From assembly GCA_903847315.1 (NCBI GenBank), contig CAINDG010000041.1, positions 30,285 to 94,284 of the forward strand: a stretch of 64,000 nucleotides of DNA, in the 5' to 3' direction. The notes under the pieces are model-generated. The model was not told where the DNA came from. It ran no database searches and was given only the letters and a program-made list of their open reading frames with translations. The position numbers and the translations under genes were made by a program. Origin of the DNA: an uncultured Planctomycetota bacterium (GTDB lineage Bacteria; Planctomycetota; Phycisphaerae; Sedimentisphaerales; UBA12454). Positions 46,772 to 56,115 of the stretch are shown here, in pieces (within the stretch, counting starts at the first letter, position 1; every line of letters starts with the position of its first letter).

Positions 46772-47962
46772 TCAGTTTGCTTTGTATTCCATGTGTTTAT
46801 TCGCTATTTTTTCAGCCAGTTCATTGAGCTTTTTAAAATCTTCTTCTTTAGGTTCGCCTTTAGCAAGCACCGGCTCAAGTATTTCAGCCTTGCTGTTGGT
46901 CAGCAATCCTTTTAATTGCTCGACCATTCTGCCGCCCCAGCCGAACGAGCCTATAACCGCAAGATATTTGGCTTTGGGCCTTAACGCGTTTACTAAGACT
47001 GCCGCATACGCCGCCGCGGGATGCGCGCCGGCAAGAACAGTCGGACTCGCCAGAACCACCCCGGCCGCATCAACCAGCTCGATAGCAAGTTTGCCGATAT
47101 CGGCTCCGATGAGATTAAATTGCTGCACGCCGATATTTTTTGCCATAAGTGCGCCGACAAGATGTTCAACCATCTTTTTTGTGCTGCCGTGCATCGAGAC
47201 ATAAGCGACGATTACCTTGTTTTCAACCTCGTCGCTTATCCATTTTTTATAGGCATCTATGATAAACGCCGGCTCATTATACAAGGGCCCGTGACTTGGC
47301 GCGATAATTTTTATATCGAAATTTTTTATTTTTTCAAGATTTTTTTCAATTTGACTCCTGAACGGCATCATTATTTCGGCGTAATATTGTTTTGCCGATT
47401 CATAAACTCTCGATTTGTCGGTGACAAACAAATCGCTTGTGGCAAGATGTGAGCCGAAAAAGTCGCACGAGAACAGGATTTTGTCTTCGACAAGATACGT
47501 TGACATTGTTTCCGGCCAATGTACCCAAGGCGTAAAAATAAATTTTAATGTTTTATTGCCCAGCGAAAGTTCCTGGCCGTCTTCGACGACGATAAATTTC
47601 TGCTCGTCGATTCCCATCAGGTCGATAAGCATATTTTTACATTTTTCATTTGTAACGACTTTCGCATCGGGAAATATCTCGAGAATATCCGGTATCGAGC
47701 CGCTGTGGTCCTGTTCGGCGTGGTGCGAGATTAAATAATCGATTCTTTCAATTCCCGCCTCGGCGAGGTTTGTTATAAGCATATCCGTTTTCGGCGGGTC
47801 AACGGTGTCTATTAAAGCAGTCTTTTTACTGCCCCTGACGATATAAGCGTTATAACTTGTGCCGTCCGGCAGCGGAATAAGCTCGTCGAAAAGACGTCTG
47901 TCCCAGTCAATCGCTCCGACCTCGAGTATATCAGGTTTAATCTGTCGCATAATCAATCTCAC
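46772..47962 (-). CDS. Flavodiiron protein (metallo-beta-lactamase plus flavodoxin; O2/NO reductase)
   Basis: The diiron motif is SHHAEQDHSG. The C-terminal flavodoxin-like domain is VAYVSMHGSTKKM. Confidence 0.85.
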   Translation of the reverse strand: MRLIMRQIKPDILEVGAIDWDRRLFDELIPLPDGTSYNAYIVRGSKKTALIDTVDPPKTDMLITNLAEAGIERIDYLISHHAEQDHSGSIPDILEIFPDAKVVTNEKCKNMLIDLMGIDEQKFIVVEDGQELSLGNKTLKFIFTPWVHWPETMSTYLVEDKILFSCDFFGSHLATSDLFVTDKSRVYESAKQYYAEIMMPFRSQIEKNLEKIKNFDIKIIAPSHGPLYNEPAFIIDAYKKWISDEVENKVIVAYVSMHGSTKKMVEHLVGALMAKNIGVQQFNLIGADIGKLAIELVDAAGVVLASPTVLAGAHPAAAYAAVLVNALRPKAKYLAVIGSFGWGGRMVEQLKGLLTNSKAEILEPVLAKGEPKEEDFKKLNELAEKIANKHMEYKAN

Positions 47963-47975
47963 TGAAAGTCAAAAA

Positions 47976-48491
47976 TTAAAGAAGTTTTTTTACCGCTTCG
48001 AGCGCTTCATCGTAATCCGGCTCGTGACTTATTTCCGGTACGATATTTGCGTAACGGACGATGCCTTTTTTGTCAACCACAAAAACCGCTCTCGCCAGCA
48101 GCCTGAGGTCTTTTATCAGAACTCCATAGGCCTGGCCGAACGAAGCTGTCCTGTGGTCGCTGAGGACGTAAACATTTTTCACGCCCGCGGCGATGCACCA
48201 TCTGTTTTGTCCGAACGGCAAATCCATACTTATCGCCAGCACCACGACATCGTCGCCGAGTTTAACCGCTTCCTCGTTAAATTTTCGCGTCATTATATCG
48301 CAGACGCTCGTATCGAGCGAAGGCACGCAGGATATAATACATATTTTCCCCGCGAACGACGAAAATTTCACGATTGAAAGGTCTTTTGCGACAACATCGA
48401 AATCCGGCGACTTATCGCCGACCTTTACTTCGTTGCCGATGAGAGTAATGGGATTGCCCTTCATAGTTACAAGATTTTTTCTCTCGTTCAT
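47976..48491 (-). CDS. tpx: Thiol peroxidase (atypical 2-Cys peroxiredoxin)
   Basis: VPSLDTSVCD and a second Cys in the FGQNRWCIAAG region are typical of Tpx. Confidence 0.9.
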   Translation of the reverse strand: MNERKNLVTMKGNPITLIGNEVKVGDKSPDFDVVAKDLSIVKFSSFAGKICIISCVPSLDTSVCDIMTRKFNEEAVKLGDDVVVLAISMDLPFGQNRWCIAAGVKNVYVLSDHRTASFGQAYGVLIKDLRLLARAVFVVDKKGIVRYANIVPEISHEPDYDEALEAVKKLL

Positions 48492-48510
48492 ATTACACCT
48501 CTATTCTTTT

Positions 48511-49083
48511 TTAGAAATTTGCCGCTTCTATTTCCGCATAAGCCATCGGATGAGCGCATGCCGGGCATTGGTCAAGAGCTTCTTTGCCTTCAGAAACATA
48601 GCCGCAGTTTCTGCAGACCCAGCGAACCGGTTTTTCGCGTTTGAATACCCTGTTCTTTTCGATATTTGCCGCAAGAGCGAGATATCTGTCGCGATGGCGT
48701 TTTTCTGCGACAGCGATACTGCGGAAGACTTTTGCAATCTCAGCAAAACCTTCCTTTTCCGCGACCTTTGCAAAATCAGGATACATCTGTGTAGTTTCGT
48801 AATTTTCGCCTGCCGCCGCTGCCTTTAAATTTTCAACCGTTGTACCGATTACGCCCGCCGGAAAAGAGGCCTGAATTTCCAACTCTCCGCCCTGGAGAAA
48901 CTTGAATTCTCTTTTGGCGTGTTCTTTTTCCTGCTCGGCAGTCTCGGTAAAAATCGCCGATATTTGTTCGAAGCCTTCCTTCTTTGCAGCCGAGGCGAAA
49001 TATGTATATCTGTTTCTTGCCTGTGATTCGCCTGCAAATGCGGTGAGCAGATTCTTTTCTGTTTGTGAGCCTTTCAGGTTCAT
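48511..49083 (-). CDS. rbr: Rubrerythrin
   Basis: [27 protein letters not shown], two EXXH motifs, and a C-terminal rubredoxin domain (CRNCGY...CPACAHP). Confidence 0.9.
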   Translation of the reverse strand: MNLKGSQTEKNLLTAFAGESQARNRYTYFASAAKKEGFEQISAIFTETAEQEKEHAKREFKFLQGGELEIQASFPAGVIGTTVENLKAAAAGENYETTQMYPDFAKVAEKEGFAEIAKVFRSIAVAEKRHRDRYLALAANIEKNRVFKREKPVRWVCRNCGYVSEGKEALDQCPACAHPMAYAEIEAANF

Positions 49084-49106
49084 AGTATTATCTCCATAAA
49101 AAATGT

Positions 49107-49568
49107 TTATTTATTTTTATTTTCTTGTTCAAGACACGTCTGGCAATGCCCCTCAACATAGACGGTTGTTTTTAAAATCTTGAAGGAGTGCCCTAAATTT
49201 TCAGGTACTTTGATAGTCTCAAAGCTCTCATAGTAAAAGTCAAAAATTTTCTTACATCTTACACACCTGAGGTGCTGATGGCTTTCGAGATTGCCGTCAA
49301 ATCGTTTTACGTCTCCGCTGCCCTCAACCACAAAAGCGGCACCGATAAGACTTAGGGTGTTCAATGTCCTATTAACGGTATCCAGCGAAATATTTGGCAG
49401 ATTTTTTTTAACTTTTTTATAAACCATTTCTGCCGAAGGATGGTCGCTGCAGGCTATCAGCGCCTTATAGACCTCAACACGCTGGGGGGTTATCTTTAAC
49501 TGCTTCTGGCGACAGCAGTTATTAAAAGTACTGAGCTTGTTTTCCAATTCCTTTTCTTTCAATTCCAA
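49107..49568 (-). CDS. Fur-family regulator, PerR-like
   Basis: It has a winged helix ([12 protein letters not shown]...[11 protein letters not shown]), HQHLRCVRC, and a terminal CQTC. It heads the oxidative-stress gene block. Confidence 0.8.
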   Translation of the reverse strand: MELKEKELENKLSTFNNCCRQKQLKITPQRVEVYKALIACSDHPSAEMVYKKVKKNLPNISLDTVNRTLNTLSLIGAAFVVEGSGDVKRFDGNLESHQHLRCVRCKKIFDFYYESFETIKVPENLGHSFKILKTTVYVEGHCQTCLEQENKNK

Positions 49569-49649
49569 AGGTTGCCCTCTTTTATACAGTCAAATATCCG
49601 CATAAAACAACAATCTTGCTAAAAAACTACGAACAAAACAAGAGCAAGT

Positions 49650-49678
49650 ACTATATAGGAGTTGTAACTACTTGTCAA
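49650..49678 (-). promoter_or_regulatory. Sigma70-like promoter with an overlapping palindrome (candidate PerR operator)
   Basis: On the minus strand: TTGACA, 17-nt spacer, TATAGT. The inverted repeat CAAGTA-N17-TACTTG spans the -35 to -10 region. Confidence 0.5.
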
Positions 49679-50069
49679 TATGTTCTGTAAAAATTTTATC
49701 CGTCCTGACAGTTCGTACTATCGAAGAAGGTTATTACGCAAAATAACAGAGTTAATGACTTAAATCTATGTTCTTTTTCAAACTGCCGCAGGGGGGACTA
49801 AAAGCGTCAAAGGAATAAAGCTTTTTTACCGCGGGAGTAGGAAGGTGATGTGTTTTCGGCAGTTTCCGTCGAAAACAGGCGAAGGCTCTACGGTTACAAA
49901 ACCGTGGAGCCTCGCAATTTTGGGCATGTCAAAGGCGATAAAATTATCGGACTTTGTTTGGCAGGGGCCTTCTCTGTGCTGTTTTAAACCGGCTAAAAAT
50001 AAGTTCCTGGTTAAACCGGGCCATTTTTAAGTCGAAAAGACGCATAGGGTTAAGTCTCTCAGAATATTT

Positions 50070-50648
50070 ATGAACAACAAAAGAAAAGATATATTAACAA
50101 CAGGGCAAGTCGCACAGATTTGCAAGGTCGCTCCGCGGACTGTTACCAAATGGTTCGATACCGGCCAGCTCAAAGGCTATCGCATCCCCGGCGGCAGAGA
50201 CAGGCGAATACCGGCAGCGGAACTTATGCGTTTTATGAAGACACATAATATGCCGACCGACCAGCTGGAACACGACAAAATCAGAATCCTTATAATTGAC
50301 AGTGATTGGCAATTAGCGGACACCCTTGCGCAAACCTTACGCAAAAATCCATCATTCAGTATTGAAACGGCCGGCAGCGGATTCGACGCAGGCCTGATAG
50401 CGCAGAAATTCGAGCCGCACGTAATTTTGATTAATTTAATGGCTTCGGATATCGACGCCGACCATATCTGCAAAAACGTCAGAAAAAATCCTGACCTTGG
50501 GGTTACAAAAGTAGTCGCTTTCGCCGAGGGTTTAAAAGCAAATGAAATTGGGGCGGTTCTAAATAAGGGCTACGATTTCTGTATAACAGACCCATCTGAT
50601 ATCTCTGAAATCACAAGAGTGATTAACCAGGCAACATCCATCCTCTAA
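50070..50648 (+). CDS. Excisionase/MerR-type HTH fused to a degenerate receiver (pseudo-receiver) domain
   Basis: The HTH is ILTTGQVAQICKVAPRTVTKWFDTGQLKGYRIPGGRDRRI. The REC-like domain begins IRILIIDSD. It has N at the phospho-acceptor position (VILINLM) and lacks the conserved T and K residues. Confidence 0.7.
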   Translation: MNNKRKDILTTGQVAQICKVAPRTVTKWFDTGQLKGYRIPGGRDRRIPAAELMRFMKTHNMPTDQLEHDKIRILIIDSDWQLADTLAQTLRKNPSFSIETAGSGFDAGLIAQKFEPHVILINLMASDIDADHICKNVRKNPDLGVTKVVAFAEGLKANEIGAVLNKGYDFCITDPSDISEITRVINQATSIL

Positions 50649-50668
50649 CTTCTTCTCGTTTTTCACTT

Positions 50669-51376
50669 TTACTTTTCTCTTTCTTTTTGCATCACAATCT
50701 TTGACCAGTCCTCTCGACGAAACGCCACCAAAATCCATATAAATATTGCTACCACGAACCCAAAAGTAATATTTACTACAAACTGCTGATAGGCCTTATA
50801 GAACCAGCCATCCCAAAACGAGCTAATCGCAAACAGACGAAGCGGCTCTCTGCTGAAGATCTCAATAATGTGTACAGCCAGTCTCAGGGCTATAAAACAG
50901 TGTATCAATATCAGCCCCCATAGTAGTGCCCACAGCTTTCGCTTCACTGACATCGGAGTGGCTGCAACTAACGCAGCCAGAAACACCGGATACATATACC
51001 CATCGCACCGACTACTGTGAGACAACCCGACACTGCTTATTGCCCCACTCTGAACCCTATGCCCAACATTGTAAAGCCGGACCATAATATCGTACCTCGC
51101 ATCCTCCAAATTGCTGAACTGAACAATACCCTTCGAGCCAAACGACCCGAATAGAAAATTCGCACCTGCACAGTAAAACTTTGCATAAGCCTTTCCTAAC
51201 ACGGGCCAGCAAGCCATAAGCATCCCGTAGGTAAGTAGAAACAGGCAAATAAATTTTATAACCTGTCTTGTTAGCGCCGGATTAAGACGCCTCGTGTCTG
51301 TGATTGATTTTGTATCGCCCATAGGAGCCAGAAAACCCAAAATATAAGAGCAGAAAATATGAACAGAACCTGCCAA
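50669..51376 (-). CDS. Polytopic membrane protein downstream of the exosortase gene
   Basis: 235-aa ORF with about 5 TM segments. Its 5' end overlaps the exosortase gene by 52 nt (ATG 51322) or 106 nt (51376). Confidence 0.45.
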   Translation of the reverse strand: MAGSVHIFCSYILGFLAPMGDTKSITDTRRLNPALTRQVIKFICLFLLTYGMLMACWPVLGKAYAKFYCAGANFLFGSFGSKGIVQFSNLEDARYDIMVRLYNVGHRVQSGAISSVGLSHSSRCDGYMYPVFLAALVAATPMSVKRKLWALLWGLILIHCFIALRLAVHIIEIFSREPLRLFAISSFWDGWFYKAYQQFVVNITFGFVVAIFIWILVAFRREDWSKIVMQKEREK

Positions 51377-51990
51377 ACTTCAATATGCATCACGTCAACT
51401 ATACGGGGCAAATAAACCCCAATAAGAAATAAGCTAACAATCCTCACAAGGTTGAGAATCATCAGAAGCAGCGTTCCAACGATAATGCCTGAAATCTTTT
51501 TTGAAAAAGATGCCGGAAATGCCAGGACAGCACAGATAAATAGAGCAACCGGTTCGATTGCATCGCAACCCCGTATTATCTGCACCGAAAATCGAGGCGA
51601 AAAAATTGATGCACCCCTGACCGTTATATCCTGGCCGAGAAAGTCCAATATGGTACCTGAGAAAAAGGCAATATAGCAATGATACCACGGTATAAACCTA
51701 TTATTGTAGAATGATGTAACTGTAGTGAAAAAATAAAATAGGCCCATCAAGGCTGCGAAAACAACAAGAAACAAAAAAATCGGATGTCGTCTGGGCCATC
51801 CCTTTATTATTCCAACAGTGGATTTGGTTGGCCCCCGCTCCGCTCTTTTTGGAGAACCAGCAATCACTGTTTTTTTATTCAACTGTTTTTTTCTTCGGTT
51901 CGCATCCATATTCGTTTTTTTGCGACTTTCCGTTATTAATCGATAAACCCCCCCCGTGGCCGTTCCTATCCGGCCAATATCTTCCAACAA
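51271..51990 (-). CDS. Exosortase/archaeosortase-family transpeptidase
   Basis: It is multi-TM with the family Cys/Arg/His signature: IIRGCDAIEP, NLVRIVSLF, and MHIEVWQ. The basic cytoplasmic N-terminus makes the start uncertain. Confidence 0.65.
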   Translation of the reverse strand: MLEDIGRIGTATGGVYRLITESRKKTNMDANRRKKQLNKKTVIAGSPKRAERGPTKSTVGIIKGWPRRHPIFLFLVVFAALMGLFYFFTTVTSFYNNRFIPWYHCYIAFFSGTILDFLGQDITVRGASIFSPRFSVQIIRGCDAIEPVALFICAVLAFPASFSKKISGIIVGTLLLMILNLVRIVSLFLIGVYLPRIVDVMHIEVWQVLFIFSALIFWVFWLLWAIQNQSQTRGVLIRR

Positions 51991-52009
51991 TATAACGGCT
52001 CGTGCCTGA

Positions 52010-52822
52010 CTATGCCGATACCGCTTTAAATCTGCGCCAAATCACGACCGTCCCGACCGTCAACAGAAGCCCCGCCATAATAATAAGACCCCATTCAGAA
52101 ACTGTGGGGATGATGGTGGGATAAATCTCGGTCTGAGAAGCCGTAATTGTGAGGCCTGGGTCGTTCACTTCGGAAGCGAAATTAGGCTCTGCCGTATGCC
52201 GTTCCGGAAACTGAAACCCATCAAAAGTTACAGTTCCTTTCCCGAACGATAATCGCCACGCCTCATAAATCTGCGGAATTGTCTTTCCGGCAGTCATCAC
52301 GGTGTTGCAGACGCCGTCTTCACAGATGGTTGCCTCGCCGCCGCTGACGACACCCGCGAGATGCACTGTATCCTGAAATTTGGGAACGCAAGTAATGATT
52401 AAACTTACTCTCTTGAAATTCTCCCTGGTATTGTCTGTGTGAGACCATAACTCAACATTTGAGTTGGCATTATGGATGGTCACCTTTGTTCCTATCCGCG
52501 CAATCGTCCAGTCTGCGCCTGGGTGATCCAACTGAAGTTGGTTCTTAAGCTTTTCGGCTTTCTGTTCGGCCGTTATCCCTGCAGCGATTTCTGCTGGAGT
52601 AATTGTTATTGTTGTATTCTTGACACCCCAGGTGGAATGTGGATTCCCCGCTTCCCCCCCCACAGCAACAGCCACGGTTAAGGTGCCAGCCTGTATGGGT
52701 CGTCCACAGGTTGCTAGTGCGGAATCATGATCTTCACCCCAAGCGGAACTTGCCAGTTCGGTCAACATCAGAAAACTCACAATCATAATCGCTGTAAACA
52801 TAAATATTTTTGATTTAACCAT
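52010..52822 (-). CDS. Secreted protein with an IPTL-CTERM-type sorting signal
   Basis: It has an N-terminal signal peptide. The C-terminus is IPTVSEWGLIIMAGLLLTVGTVVIWRRFK, giving an IPT(L/V)SEWG motif, a TM helix and a basic cluster. Confidence 0.7.
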   Translation of the reverse strand: MVKSKIFMFTAIMIVSFLMLTELASSAWGEDHDSALATCGRPIQAGTLTVAVAVGGEAGNPHSTWGVKNTTITITPAEIAAGITAEQKAEKLKNQLQLDHPGADWTIARIGTKVTIHNANSNVELWSHTDNTRENFKRVSLIITCVPKFQDTVHLAGVVSGGEATICEDGVCNTVMTAGKTIPQIYEAWRLSFGKGTVTFDGFQFPERHTAEPNFASEVNDPGLTITASQTEIYPTIIPTVSEWGLIIMAGLLLTVGTVVIWRRFKAVSA

Positions 52823-53413
52823 TTCAATATTCCTTCAAAATTAGAAAATTAGTGATAGTCCCTTATTTTGCGATTTTTCTCACTTCATCTAACAATCTTA
52901 TAAGCCGGATATTCTCTCTCTGCACAAAGTGCCCTGTTTATTTTTTCTTACATTATTTGATGTCCCCATTTTTAAGGCGGTTCTGGTTCGCTCATATCTT
53001 CCTCCTTTCCGGACCAAAATTTACATACCCCAACTCTTACCGCGGCAGTTTGAGCGCGCGCAGCCTAACATATAGCCTATAGAACTGTGTTCAAAGACAA
53101 CTTATCTTTCTTTGGTGGGGGTGATTATTAGAATAGTTCCGCCCAGGTGGTATCATCCTCGTCAAATCTTATTAACTTATTCCTTATGCTGTGAGTCGCC
53201 TCTGATGTCCAACTTTGAGATATTGCCGTTATTCCCGCGGAAGTCAAGAACTTTTTTAGTCTTTTTTTAAAGGCAAAGTGCTGATGAGAACTAAATGTTG
53301 GTTTCAAATGCAGTTACAGACTTTATAACTGGGAGTTTTTTTCTTTCCACCTGCTGCTTTTTACTATAATCTATTTGATTGCATAAAAAGTTATTTTTCA
53401 ATGGGAGACTGTT

Positions 53414-53857
53414 ATGGAATACGCGATTGGCAGAACGGGCAGAGTTATAGCGGCAAGGCTTTTTGAGGGCGAGGAGCTTTATGAATCCATCGAATCGATT
53501 GCCGAAAAAGAAAAAATAAAATCAGCGGCGGTTCTGATAACCGGCGGAATCAGAAAGGCCGATGTGGTTGTCGGGCCGAAGACTGAAAAACCGAAAATAG
53601 AAGCGAACTTTGTCAGTTTCGCCGGTCCGGGCGAGACATTTGGAGTCGGTACACTTTATTGCGACGAGGCGGACAAACCCAAATTGCATTTGCACGCAGG
53701 CCTCGGCAGGGGAGATACTCATATAGTCGGTTGTCCTCGCGGCGGGGCGAAAATATTTTTGGTGCTTGAGGTGACGATTATCGAAATAACAGGCATCGAC
53801 GCGAAGAGAATAACCGACCCGGCAACGGGGTTTAAACTTTTGCGGATTAAAAATTAG
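53414..53857 (+). CDS. PPC (DUF296) domain protein
   Basis: RVIAARLFEGEELYESIESIAEKEKIKSAAVLITGGIRKADV...HLHAGLG fits the PPC/DUF296 pattern. Confidence 0.65.
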   Translation: MEYAIGRTGRVIAARLFEGEELYESIESIAEKEKIKSAAVLITGGIRKADVVVGPKTEKPKIEANFVSFAGPGETFGVGTLYCDEADKPKLHLHAGLGRGDTHIVGCPRGGAKIFLVLEVTIIEITGIDAKRITDPATGFKLLRIKN

Positions 53858-53869
53858 TTTACGTGCGGT

Positions 53870-55378
53870 TTATGGTTTCCAGAGTACACGGTAAAGCACG
53901 CCGCTGCGAGCGAGAATAGCTTCGAATCCGTTTTCGCCGGATGTTGCGGGGCCGCATACGATACCATCCCATTCCGGCCCTGCATTATCATTAACGACGA
54001 TATACGATTTACTATTGTCGCGAGAGCCATAAGCAGTGTTTTTGCTGTCCATGCTGAAAATAGGAGCGCTGATGTCATCATACTCCGGCCCTAATGCGCC
54101 ATCAACGACAACGACCCGCTTCATGCCTTTCTGGACTACATAAGCGATTCGTTTGCTATCTGGGCTGAATGCAATGCCGCCAAGTCCATAGTATTCTGTT
54201 CCTGCTTGGCCATCGATGACAGCGGTCCATTTACCGCCGTTTTGCGCCACATACGCCAGACGTTTGCTGTCGGGACTGAAAATAATAACACCGTCTCTGA
54301 TGTTGTCATATTCTGCTTGTGCCTGACCATCTACGACCGCCACCCATTTGCCTCCCTTGCCGGCCGCATACGCGACTCGTTTGCTGTCGGGACTGAAAAC
54401 AATAGAACCTGCCCAAATGTCGGTGTATTCCGGTTGTGCATTACCGTCGATGACAACGAGCCATTTATAGTCTTTTCTCGCTACGTACGCAATTCTTGTC
54501 CCGTCGGGACTGAATACCGGCGGAAGACCTTTTCCGATGCCGTCATATTCCGGCCCGGTATTGACGTCAACGACGGTCTGCCACTTGTAGCCTTTTTTGA
54601 TGACGTATGTTATATGTCTGCTGTTTGGGCTGAAGATAGGAGTTCCTTCCGCGATGCCGTCATATCCCGCCCCTGCGATGCCGTCAACGACAACCACCTG
54701 CTTTTTGTTTTTTTGGGCTGAGTATGCGACGCGTTTACCATCCGGACTGAAAACAATGGCGGCGATGCTGTCGTATTCCTGCTGGGCATTACCGTCGATA
54801 ACGACCAACAGTTTGTTGTTTCTGTGGGCCGCGTATGCCGTGCGTTTACTATTGGGACTGAACAAAGAACCTTTCGTTACAATGCTGTCATATTGTTGGC
54901 CAACCCGGCCGTCTGTAACAACCATCCAGTAGATTCCTTTACTGGCCGCGTACGCAAGACGTTTGCTGTCCGGGCTGAAAATAATAGTGTCTTTTCCAAT
55001 AGTGTCATATTCCGGCCCGGCTTTTCCATCGGCGACGACAAACCACTTGCCGTTATTTTTTGCCGAATACGCCAGGTGATTGCCGTCCGGACTGAAGATA
55101 ATACTTCCTTGTCCGATTTCATCGTATTCCAGTTCCGCTCTGCCATCGATAAAAGCCTGCATTTTATTAGTGCCTTTAGCGGCGACGATAACTATGTGCC
55201 GATTGTCCGTGCTGCGGATGACGCCAAGTACCTGGTCGGGCACCGGCCCAAGAGCCGCTGCGGAAAAATGATTTGGTTCGTTCGGTTTGTTCGGTTCGTT
55301 TTGGCCGTAAGATGCCGCCGCCAGGAGCGAGGATATTATAACAACAGCCGCCAATATAGTGTACGCACGATTACTCAT
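53870..55378 (-). CDS. Secreted PD40/TolB-like beta-propeller repeat protein
   Basis: It has a signal peptide and then at least 11 tandem approximately 38-40-aa units of the form FSPD(G/S)KR(V/L/I)AY.A.K..KW..V(V/I)DG....EYD.I. Confidence 0.75.
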   Translation of the reverse strand: MSNRAYTILAAVVIISSLLAAASYGQNEPNKPNEPNHFSAAALGPVPDQVLGVIRSTDNRHIVIVAAKGTNKMQAFIDGRAELEYDEIGQGSIIFSPDGNHLAYSAKNNGKWFVVADGKAGPEYDTIGKDTIIFSPDSKRLAYAASKGIYWMVVTDGRVGQQYDSIVTKGSLFSPNSKRTAYAAHRNNKLLVVIDGNAQQEYDSIAAIVFSPDGKRVAYSAQKNKKQVVVVDGIAGAGYDGIAEGTPIFSPNSRHITYVIKKGYKWQTVVDVNTGPEYDGIGKGLPPVFSPDGTRIAYVARKDYKWLVVIDGNAQPEYTDIWAGSIVFSPDSKRVAYAAGKGGKWVAVVDGQAQAEYDNIRDGVIIFSPDSKRLAYVAQNGGKWTAVIDGQAGTEYYGLGGIAFSPDSKRIAYVVQKGMKRVVVVDGALGPEYDDISAPIFSMDSKNTAYGSRDNSKSYIVVNDNAGPEWDGIVCGPATSGENGFEAILARSGVLYRVLWKP

Positions 55379-55607
55379 ACCATACTCCTTTTTTCCGCAT
55401 TTTTAAAAAGACCCAAGCCCGGCGCCGCGGCAGGGCAGGGCAGTCTGTATTTTACTATCCCTGCCGCTGTTTTACAATTATTTTCGGTCGCAGGAAAATC
55501 GAAACGGCGCCGGTTTTTCCGGCAATTTTACCCCTTGCATGGGAAATTTGTTCGCGATAGAATAAATACCGTTTCATAAGTCAGTTTGAATTGAAAGGAG
55601 GCATAAA

Positions 55608-55862
55608 ATGACTGAAGAGATTATAGGAAAAGTTTCGGACTTTTTTGCGCGTCCCGTTGTTGCAGGCATTGAATTGACCGCTCCTTTAAAAGTCGGCGAC
55701 AAAATCAAAATCAAAGGCCATACTACCGACGTTGAAGCGACAGTCGAATCGCTGCAGGTGAACAATGTAAATGTCACGGAGGCAAAAGCAGGGGACCCAA
55801 TCGGCATAAAAGTTCCCGACCGTGTCCGCAAAGGCGACGTAGTTTACAAAATTACTGGATGA
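55608..55862 (+). CDS. Small EF-Tu-domain-2-like beta-barrel protein
   Basis: 84 aa with LKVGDKIKIKGHTTDVEATVESLQVNNVNVTEAKAGDPIGIKV. The RBS is GGAGG. Confidence 0.55.
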   Translation: MTEEIIGKVSDFFARPVVAGIELTAPLKVGDKIKIKGHTTDVEATVESLQVNNVNVTEAKAGDPIGIKVPDRVRKGDVVYKITG

Positions 55863-56115
55863 CCCCACAGAAGTTTTTTGAGACATAGTCCGATATTTAT
55901 TTGTTTTGAATACAGCCGAGGGGGCAAGTGCGCTTACGGTTAAAATTTTTTTCCGGATGATAATATTATTTTGAGATAATTATGCGTTTTCATAATATTC
56001 TCATAATTGTCTTTATAAGATATGCCGGTGTTTTTGACACAAGTCTGTCAACTCCGGCTGTCGCGGCGGCAGATGGAGTATCTGCGAAAATGTTTTGATA
56101 ATAAGGAGAACTACG

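Noticed and set aside
52823-53413. A possible tRNA or ncRNA gene in the 590-nt gap upstream of the IPTL-CTERM gene.
   Set aside because: I could find no cloverleaf-compatible arms, terminator or strong hairpins by eye. I leave it as unexplained non-coding DNA within the exosortase finding.
54206-55579. Long plus-strand ORFs of 171 and 251 aa opposite the PD40-repeat gene.
   Set aside because: They are generated by the repetitive structure of the real minus-strand gene, and their repeats mirror the sense repeats.
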